The notes under the pieces were generated by a model, which was given only the letters and a program-made list of their open reading frames with translations, was not told where the DNA came from and did not search any database. From a virus (Duplodnaviria > Heunggongvirae > Uroviricota > Caudoviricetes): a stretch of 7,806 nt of DNA. Location of the stretch: positions 1 through 7,806 of the IMG/VR virus record IMGVR_UViG_3300029459_000073; one strand, 5' to 3'. Positions 1 through 4,663 of this stretch are shown here, piece by piece. The position numbers were made by a program, and so were the translations under genes. Positions within the stretch are counted from its first letter, which is position 1; the number at the start of each line of letters is the position of its first letter.

Positions 1-208
1 CAGCAATATCCATGAAAAACTGCTTCGCCTGCTTTTTCGCCTCAGCTTCGTAAAACTCCAGCGTGGCACCTTCAGTACGGTCAAGACTAATCGCCACATT
101 TGGCAACAACAGTGGCGGATACCCACCAATTTCCAGTGCCACAGTAACAGCTATCTTATCCGGGTAATGATTTATCCCTTTTACAACCAGTTCATATTTT
201 TTATTCAT
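1..208 (-). CDS. DUF1327/YdfR-like lysis-cassette protein, N-terminal part only (gene runs off the left edge)
   Basis: Minus-strand ATG at 208-206 lies 4 nt after the holin stop (TAA 215-213). The frame stays open to position 1 (MNKKYELVVKGINHYPDKIAVTVALEIGGYPPLLLPNVAISLDRTEGATLEFYEAEAKKQAKQFFMDIA...). It is absent from the ORF track because the window edge truncates it. Its position directly after the holin matches ydfR (DUF1327) in the K-12 Qin prophage. The family name is recalled, not computed. Confidence 0.55.
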   Translation of the reverse strand, partial: MNKKYELVVKGINHYPDKIAVTVALEIGGYPPLLLPNVAISLDRTEGATLEFYEAEAKKQAKQFFMDIA

Positions 209-212
209 CGCT

Positions 213-428
213 TTACTCTCCCCGCGCCGCCTTACGACGGTCCTCTCTGATTTTGAAATACAGGTTAGTCAGATATGTCAGCAGCCCAAACAGCAGACTT
301 CCCAGTACGCCTATTGCCGCCCACTGAGACGGGGAAACCCTGTCCAGCAGCTGCAGGAACCAGTAGCCCGTCCCCACCGCTGACGTGGTGTATGACACAC
401 CTGTTGTGATTTTTTCCATCTGGTACAT
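213..428 (-). CDS. S: Class II holin (phage 21 S21 / Stx-phage S type pinholin) with dual start
   Basis: This 71-aa ORF matches the S21 holin pattern as I recall it ([23 protein letters not shown]...[22 protein letters not shown]). It has two hydrophobic segments and a basic C-tail. Met1 and Met4 (MYQMEK; ATGs at 428 and 419) form a dual start. GGAG at 439-436 sits 7 nt before the first ATG. Confidence 0.9.
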   Translation of the reverse strand: MYQMEKITTGVSYTTSAVGTGYWFLQLLDRVSPSQWAAIGVLGSLLFGLLTYLTNLYFKIREDRRKAARGE

Positions 429-503
429 ACCCCGTCTCCCGCAATCCGGAAGCTCACAACAACAAGTGGGGCATCAGCTCACACCGACAGCCCCTGCGCA
501 TGG

Positions 504-773
504 TTACATCATCATTTCGCCGTCAGGCTGAGGCTCACTGCCACCATCAGGCTGAGACACGACACCATCTGAAACAGCACTGTCACCCGCACCGTCTTCA
601 GGCCCGTGAGCAGCCGTTACCCCCAGCAGTTCATCAAGAATGGCATCCACTTCAGCATCAAGACGCGCCTCAAGATTCTGACGAAGTTGCTGTTTCAGTG
701 CGCTCCTGACTTCTTCAGAGCGCAGAACATCCTTCACTGCTTCAGCAGTGACCAGCGATTTTATTTCTGACAT
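504..773 (-). CDS. Small acidic phage protein of unknown function (89 aa, DUF826-like)
   Basis: I use the internal ATG at 773-771 of the 504..947 track ORF (MSEIKSLVTAEAVKDVLRSEEVR...). The upstream extension overlaps the 811..993 gene and has no RBS. A GAGAAA purine tract lies just upstream of the ATG. The N-half is helical and charged; the tail is a low-complexity acidic D/G/P/S stretch ending in MMM. The DUF826 label comes from memory of Stx-phage gene order. Confidence 0.55.
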   Translation of the reverse strand: MSEIKSLVTAEAVKDVLRSEEVRSALKQQLRQNLEARLDAEVDAILDELLGVTAAHGPEDGAGDSAVSDGVVSQPDGGSEPQPDGEMMM

Positions 774-810
774 GGTATTTTCTCGTTGAAAGGTGTTGTT
801 AAGAAAGTTG

Positions 811-993
811 CTACGGAATGAGAGGCTCTTCGGGTTTTGTTCCGGCTGACTGACTGGCACTGATTTTCTCAGCGGCCCTTTTGTCAATCTGTCTGCGCCA
901 GAAATCGCGCACTGCCCTGTACCCACCCGAAAGAAGATACAGCACACAGACCGCCGTACAGAAGTACAGCATCACCTGATGAATAAATGTCAT
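811..993 (-). CDS. Small single-pass membrane protein (60 aa), unknown function
   Basis: ATG at 993-991. The N-terminal hydrophobic helix (HQVMLYFCTAVCVLYLLSGG) is followed by a basic and then acidic tail. The gene has no good SD of its own, but its ATG overlaps the stop of an upstream micro-ORF (ATGA at 993-990). Confidence 0.55.
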   Translation of the reverse strand: MTFIHQVMLYFCTAVCVLYLLSGGYRAVRDFWRRQIDKRAAEKISASQSAGTKPEEPLIP

Positions 994-1034
994 AGTTTCT
1001 TACCGTTATGGTTGACAATGAGAACTGTTTTCAT
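990..1034 (-). CDS. 14-codon micro-ORF (MKTVLIVNHNGKKL), candidate translational-coupling ORF
   Basis: Its ATG (1034-1032) overlaps the TGA of the upstream 15-codon ORF (1033-1031). Its own TGA (992-990) overlaps the ATG of the 60-aa gene (993-991). It is too short for the ORF track; I read it by hand. Confidence 0.25.
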   Translation of the reverse strand: MKTVLIVNHNGKKL

Positions 1035-1078
1035 TTAAAAACCGATATACGAAAGCATCTTTTCTTTACATTCTCCAT
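1031..1078 (-). CDS. 15-codon micro-ORF (MENVKKRCFRISVFK) with consensus Shine-Dalgarno
   Basis: GGAGGT at 1091-1086 is followed by a 7-nt spacer and ATG at 1078-1076. The first two SD bases lie in the 3' arm of the hairpin that follows the nanS-p stop. Confidence 0.3.
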   Translation of the reverse strand: MENVKKRCFRISVFK

Positions 1079-1089
1079 TGGGATTACCT

Positions 1090-1126
1090 CCGCCAGCTTC
1101 CGTTCCTGCCGCTGGCGGCTTTTTTT
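1090..1126 (+). terminator. Intrinsic terminator oriented for the plus strand, abutting the nanS-p stop codon
   Basis: An 8-bp stem CCGCCAGC (1090-1097) / GCTGGCGG (1111-1118) encloses a 13-nt loop. It is followed by C and T7 (1120-1126). On the minus strand the same hairpin has an A-tract before it and no U-tract after it. Confidence 0.5.
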
Positions 1127-1127
1127 A

Positions 1128-3089
1128 TCATGCCGCGGCATCCGCGTTGTTCACTTCCACCTTCACACTGTCAATCAGCAGCGTATATGTCGCCGCCTTT
1201 GATATGCCTGTCAGTTGCAGTTTGTCCGCCGCCCCTGATGCCGGAGATTTCACCAGTGTGAACGGCGTCCCCCGTTTCTCATCCAGTACCGGCGTCACCT
1301 GAATGCTGTTGTTTCCGGCAAACTCAAAAGCCAGTGTGTGCCATCCGTTATCAAAGACCCCGAACGTATCCAGCTTCGCATTCGGCTTCTTGTGGTACAT
1401 CGCGTTCAGGTTCGTCGCATCCGTCTGCAGGAAGAAGGACATCAGCATGTCGTTGCCTTCCTCTGCCAGCGTCACTCCCTCCGGCAGGGACGACAACTGC
1501 CAGTAAATGCCCAGGGCAAACCGATTCGGCACCAGTGAACCCGGCAACTTAAACCGTACGCTCACACGTCCCCCCTTCTTCAGTAACTCCACTCCCTGTC
1601 CGGCTGCATCATGCTCCAGAAACCAGATGTGGTTTTCCGGTTTATTCAGTTGCAGGGCCTTACCTCCCGTAGCCCCCGCATCACTGACCACCGCTTCAGC
1701 AATGTTTTTGTTAACATTGTCTCCGCTCGCCGGTTTGTGATAATAGCGCCAGCCCTGTGATGCCAGGTCTTCGCCGGACGCCAGCAGACTCATCAGGGTT
1801 CGGTTACTGACCGGGGCTTCCGGCTCTCTCTCCGTACCTTCACCGGAAGGTCCGGTGGGCTTCACCGTATCAGGCTGTTTTCCGGTAATGAATTCAGCGG
1901 TTCTCCCGGCATGCACAAGAATCGCCGTTGCCAGACGGTCGGAAATAATCCCACGACGTGCCCATGATCCAAAATGCGTTTTACGGTCGGCCGTCGTCCA
2001 GGTTTTGGCGTCCGTTCGACCACCGGCTCCGTAATACCCAATATCCGCAACATCCGGATCTTCTGACGGCTCGTTGGTACCCACATTTCGCCCGTTTTCA
2101 TCCGTCATAAACGGCACAAAGAAGATTTTTTTTGCGGATTTCGTCTTGTATGCACCATACACCGCATCGTATTGCGAAGAATAAGTCTGCTTCCAGTAGT
2201 AGGTCGTGTCGCCACAAATCCAGGGAACCGATGACGGAGAGCCCCCGAGACACTGACCTCCGAATTCCGACAGGTCAGAACGATATTTTTCCACCATGGA
2301 ATCAAACAGCCCCGGCTGAGTGGCGTATGCACCCTGTTTCAAATCAAACTCGCCCTGCATCCAGACCACTGCAAGCAGAATATTTTTAGGGTTAGCCTTC
2401 AGTGCGGCCTGAGTACGGGTAAGCAGGTCCTTGTACAGTGGCTTATCTACACCCCAGCGTGCCGAGGTCTCGCTTGCGCCGGTGGATTCGCTGAAGGTAC
2501 CTTCATCGCCCGCCAAAAATGCAGAACCACCACGGCAGCACGGAACCAGAAGAATACCGGCATTCGCCGGAATAAACGGCAACAATTTCTTCGCGATATG
2601 TAATCCCTGCCCCACGCATCCATACTGAGCTGCGCTGGCTTTCGGGTGTGAAAACTTACTCAAATCCTGAACATCATGCAGGCAGTGGTCCGCAGGAATA
2701 ATGTCATTGTAGTTACAGGACGCACCACCCGGCGTGACAGTGCTGCGACGCGCCAGCTGTTTAATACGCGGGTCCGGACGGTCATATGTCTCCGGCAGCG
2801 GAAGCCCTTCACCATACGCCATACCGTTTGACTGCCCGGCCAGGGCAACAACAAAGTAATACTCCGGGTTGCTGGTGGTGCTGATAACTGCGCCTTCTCC
2901 ATCCGACGGCTTCACCACCACAGGTGTGGTGACATCACCTTCCGCCGCAATGGCCTGCATCAGGGTATAAGGCGTGATGGCCACCGGACTGCCAAATGGC
3001 TGCCACCCCTCCTTCAGTTTTTGTGTCAGTCGCTCCGCAAGGTCTGACGGCGACGCCGCCCTGACCACGTCATAGTGTTTAAATGCCAT
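1128..3089 (-). CDS. nanS-p: Prophage sialate O-acetylesterase NanS-p (DUF1737 N-domain + SASA/SGNH esterase + C-terminal lectin-like domain)
   Basis: A 653-aa ORF with GGGAGGA 5 nt upstream of the ATG at 3089. The N-terminus (MAFKHYDVVRAASPSDLAERLTQKLKEGWQPFG) is the DUF1737-type start of the large ORF found downstream of stx in Stx phages. The esterase block GQSN (aa 85-88, nt 2826-2837) is followed by GxxYGEG. The last ~200 aa are beta-rich and look lectin/ConA-like. The position between Q and the holin matches nanS-p loci. Confidence 0.85.
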   Translation of the reverse strand: MAFKHYDVVRAASPSDLAERLTQKLKEGWQPFGSPVAITPYTLMQAIAAEGDVTTPVVVKPSDGEGAVISTTSNPEYYFVVALAGQSNGMAYGEGLPLPETYDRPDPRIKQLARRSTVTPGGASCNYNDIIPADHCLHDVQDLSKFSHPKASAAQYGCVGQGLHIAKKLLPFIPANAGILLVPCCRGGSAFLAGDEGTFSESTGASETSARWGVDKPLYKDLLTRTQAALKANPKNILLAVVWMQGEFDLKQGAYATQPGLFDSMVEKYRSDLSEFGGQCLGGSPSSVPWICGDTTYYWKQTYSSQYDAVYGAYKTKSAKKIFFVPFMTDENGRNVGTNEPSEDPDVADIGYYGAGGRTDAKTWTTADRKTHFGSWARRGIISDRLATAILVHAGRTAEFITGKQPDTVKPTGPSGEGTEREPEAPVSNRTLMSLLASGEDLASQGWRYYHKPASGDNVNKNIAEAVVSDAGATGGKALQLNKPENHIWFLEHDAAGQGVELLKKGGRVSVRFKLPGSLVPNRFALGIYWQLSSLPEGVTLAEEGNDMLMSFFLQTDATNLNAMYHKKPNAKLDTFGVFDNGWHTLAFEFAGNNSIQVTPVLDEKRGTPFTLVKSPASGAADKLQLTGISKAATYTLLIDSVKVEVNNADAAA

Positions 3090-3242
3090 GAATCCTCCCG
3101 GCCTGGATAATATTGTGAGTAAAATGAGGAGCGGGCTGAAGTCCGGAAGTTACAGGACAATGGCAGAAGATAGACAACAGCCCGCAATACGAAAAAGGCC
3201 GCGCTATTGCGCAGAGTGATTACTGTCGGATATTATTCGCCA

Positions 3243-3311
3243 GCTGAAATATTACTTCACGTTTTGTTGTTTATTCCTTGCCGCCCGCGTCTCCCAGCGC
3301 GGGATTTTTTT
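3243..3311 (+). ncRNA. Candidate ~70-nt plus-strand small RNA (promoter-like TTGCGC-N18-TATTAT at 3207-3236 to the terminator at 3284-3311)
   Basis: A plus-strand intrinsic terminator has no plus-strand CDS to serve. A sigma70-like promoter sits ~75 nt upstream. The body is U-rich (CACGUUUUGUUGUUUAUUCCUUG) before a GC stem. This is a prediction only. Confidence 0.2.
3284..3311 (+). terminator. Intrinsic terminator, plus-strand orientation
   Basis: An all-GC 6-bp stem CCCGCG (3284-3289) / CGCGGG (3298-3303) encloses an 8-nt loop. It is followed by A and T7 (3305-3311). Confidence 0.6.
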
Positions 3312-3312
3312 G

Positions 3313-3342
3313 TCCATAAGAAAGCCCCTCCGGAGAGGGGCT
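3313..3342 (-). terminator. Intrinsic terminator, minus-strand orientation
   Basis: An 8-bp stem AGCCCCTC (3323-3330) / GAGGGGCT (3335-3342) encloses a tetraloop. On the minus strand it is followed by TTCTTATGG. It is convergent with, and 11 bp from, the plus-strand terminator. Confidence 0.5.
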
Positions 3343-3657
3343 GGAGAGTGGCGCTATGTGCCATTGCATGGTGCCGGGTGCCTCCCGGTGAGTTCAGTAT
3401 CAGCACCTGAACCCGCACAGAAAGGATAAGGGTCGGTGACAAAACACCAGTTGCTGATTGCCCCTCCGCACAGGGGGATTCACCATGCCAGTTTCTTTTA
3501 ACAAACTCCCCGCAAACCAGACAACAGTCAACCGCCTGAATTGTGAGGTATTTAAAAATTTCAACGGGTAACTGATACCCTGCTAATCGCCTGATGCTTT
3601 CTTTTTCAGCAACGGGAAAGCAACAACCACCACACCCACCAGCCGCCCATTTACCAC

Positions 3658-3685
3658 AAATAAAAAAGCCTTCACTGCGGAAGGC
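3658..3685 (-). terminator. Intrinsic terminator ending the 65-aa gene
   Basis: The minus strand reads GCCTTC-CGCAGT-GAAGGC followed by TTTTTTATTT (3667-3658). The TGA stop (3674-3672) spans the loop/stem junction. Confidence 0.65.
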
Positions 3686-3869
3686 GTCTGTAACAACCGA
3701 ACTGATAGTCTGCCAGACCCGCCATAACCAGCTGGGTCAGTATTAACTGGCAGCGTTCGCGTGAAAGGTAAGTATTCTGCGCTATCTCCCCGACTGTCGC
3801 CGGTTCGGTGACGCTTAATTCATTAAACACCACTCTGGCGGTTTCTGTCATATCCTGCTGTTTCAGCAT
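3672..3869 (-). CDS. Small (65 aa) winged-helix/HTH-like protein, unknown function
   Basis: I use the internal ATG at 3869 of the 3672..3992 track ORF, preceded by AAAAGGGAAAAAGAC. The track's start is a GTG abutting the U-tract of the upstream terminator and has no RBS. The sequence MLKQQDMTETARVVFNELSVTEPATVGEIAQNTYLSRERCQLILTQLVMAGLADY has the T-x-x-EIA...S...v...L..L...G pattern of wHTH recognition units. An alternative ATG lies at 3851. Confidence 0.5.
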   Translation of the reverse strand: MLKQQDMTETARVVFNELSVTEPATVGEIAQNTYLSRERCQLILTQLVMAGLADYQFGCYRRLPQ

Positions 3870-3992
3870 GTCTTTTTCCCTTTTCCGGTTAACGTGACAC
3901 ACCAATAACTCTTGTCGAAAAAGCCAGCAACCTGAAAGAACGGTATTAATAACCACCAGCGAATTTATTGCGCTACTGTATATCGCGGACAC

Positions 3993-4016
3993 AAAAAAAC
4001 CACCTTCCGGTGGCTT
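3993..4016 (-). terminator. tR'-like intrinsic terminator downstream of the Q-like gene
   Basis: The minus strand reads AAGCCACC-GGAA-GGTGGTTT with a run of 7 T (3999-3993). A second, weaker hairpin (GCGAAA...TTTCGC, 4044-4023) lies just before it. It sits 78-101 nt after the Q-like stop, as expected for a lambdoid late-promoter-proximal terminator. Confidence 0.7.
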
Positions 4017-4066
4017 CCTTTTGCGAAAAAAACTTGCGTTTCGCCTCGCGATACAGCTTTGCGAAG

Positions 4067-4104
4067 CTTATACGGATTGAAGCAGTTTATTGATCAGTTT
4101 GCAA
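4067..4104 (-). promoter_or_regulatory. Candidate late promoter (PR'-like) with a second -10-like hexamer in the initial transcribed region
   Basis: The minus strand reads TTGCAA (4104-4099), N17, TTCAAT (4081-4076), followed 3 nt later by TATAAG (4072-4067). Lambdoid PR' promoters carry a promoter-proximal -10-like element that causes the sigma70-dependent pause used by Q. This assignment rests on position and motif only. Confidence 0.35.
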
Positions 4105-4657
4105 CATTTTTCTCTGTAACAAAAGCCATGCGCATGGGGGCATATAACATAAATTCAGATACCCCCAACCATTGATCAATTCGGCGTCTGCACGTAACCA
4201 ACGACCAATCAGGATGATCTGCATTTAACCTTTCGGCCATTTTCAGTTTGCTCATTCCCCGTCCTTCGTACCTTTGCCGGAGAACATTGATTAGCCCGGG
4301 ATATTCCCCAAGCACCTTACTGATAACGCGATCAATAATCAACGCCTCTGTGTCTGTACAATGTGACAACCAGCTCTTCTGCTTTCCTCTTGTCATATCC
4401 CGAAAAAATGCCTCAAGTTCCGGTTTTTCCAGCCCGGATTTCTTCATTCTGCGCAAAACCTCATTAACTGCTGTTTTCGTCAGCTTTTTCGAAACCAGTA
4501 ACCGGTTAAACATATTTCCGGATTTACCCCCACCGATATACGACCACCGCCCCCACATCCGTAATTTCCCCTGGATCCAGACTGCTTCCAGCGTGTTCAG
4601 GCGTAAATGTTCGCCGCTTTTGCCTGTAATTTCCGGATATATCATATTTACGCTCAC
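4094..4657 (-). CDS. Late-gene antiterminator Q-like protein (DUF1133-type)
   Basis: The position is canonical for Q: directly after rusA and directly before a promoter-plus-terminator pair. The N-terminal L..WG.W motif (GKLRMWGRWSYIGGG) resembles the ERWGAWA motif of QuuD/82-type Q proteins. The track start is a GTG at 4657. The ATG at 4645, with GTGAG 7 nt upstream, is at least as likely (MIYPEITGK...). The family name is recalled, not computed. Confidence 0.6.
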   Translation of the reverse strand: MSVNMIYPEITGKSGEHLRLNTLEAVWIQGKLRMWGRWSYIGGGKSGNMFNRLLVSKKLTKTAVNEVLRRMKKSGLEKPELEAFFRDMTRGKQKSWLSHCTDTEALIIDRVISKVLGEYPGLINVLRQRYEGRGMSKLKMAERLNADHPDWSLVTCRRRIDQWLGVSEFMLYAPMRMAFVTEKNVAN

Positions 4658-4663
4658 TCACTC

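Noticed and set aside
774-947. The N-terminal extension of track ORF 504..947 (MCCIFFRVGTGQC...).
   Set aside because: It overlaps the better-supported 60-aa membrane protein gene (811-993) in another frame and has no RBS. The ATG at 773 gives a compact acidic protein with a 37-nt intergenic gap.
1008-2628. Numerous plus-strand track ORFs antisense to nanS-p (for example 1078..1302, 1303..1506, 1507..1740, 2132..2389 and 2431..2628), plus internal minus-strand ORFs (1862..2101, 2105..2332, 2660..2902).
   Set aside because: All lie inside the 653-aa NanS-p frame. They have Arg/Ser/Pro-rich shadow-ORF composition and no RBS or homology that I recognise.
3207-3442. Track ORFs 3257..3442 (minus, 61 aa) and 3207..3410 (plus, 67 aa) in the Q-nanS-p gap.
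   Set aside because: Both run straight through the two terminator hairpins at 3284-3342. They lack an RBS and have arginine/proline/glycine-rich composition typical of out-of-frame GC stems. I treat the interval as non-coding.
3413-3473. An 8-nt direct repeat CCGCACAG at 3413-3420 and 3466-3473.
   Set aside because: There are only two copies, the repeat is short, and the flanks are unrelated. This is compatible with chance and is not a CRISPR, iteron or att-like array.
3340-3500. Possible tRNA genes. Stx phages carry ileZ/argN/argO downstream of Q, and this stretch has several GC stems, for example CCCCT-CCGCAC-AGGGG followed by GATTCACCATGCCA.
   Set aside because: There is no T-loop consensus (GTTCGAATC-like), the loops have the wrong length (6 nt), and there is no matching acceptor or D-arm geometry on either strand. 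tRNAscan-SE would settle this.
3870-3992. The N-terminal 41 codons of track ORF 3672..3992, which could be read as a TM segment (SAINSLVVINTVLSGCWLF).
   Set aside because: The start is a GTG immediately abutting the U7 tract of the tR'-like terminator, with no SD. The ATG at 3869 has a purine-rich RBS. A longer membrane-anchored form cannot be fully excluded.
3090-4093. Shiga toxin genes or another recognisable toxin cargo between Q and nanS-p.
   Set aside because: No ORF of the stxA or stxB size class exists in any frame. The only supported gene is the 65-aa wHTH-like ORF.
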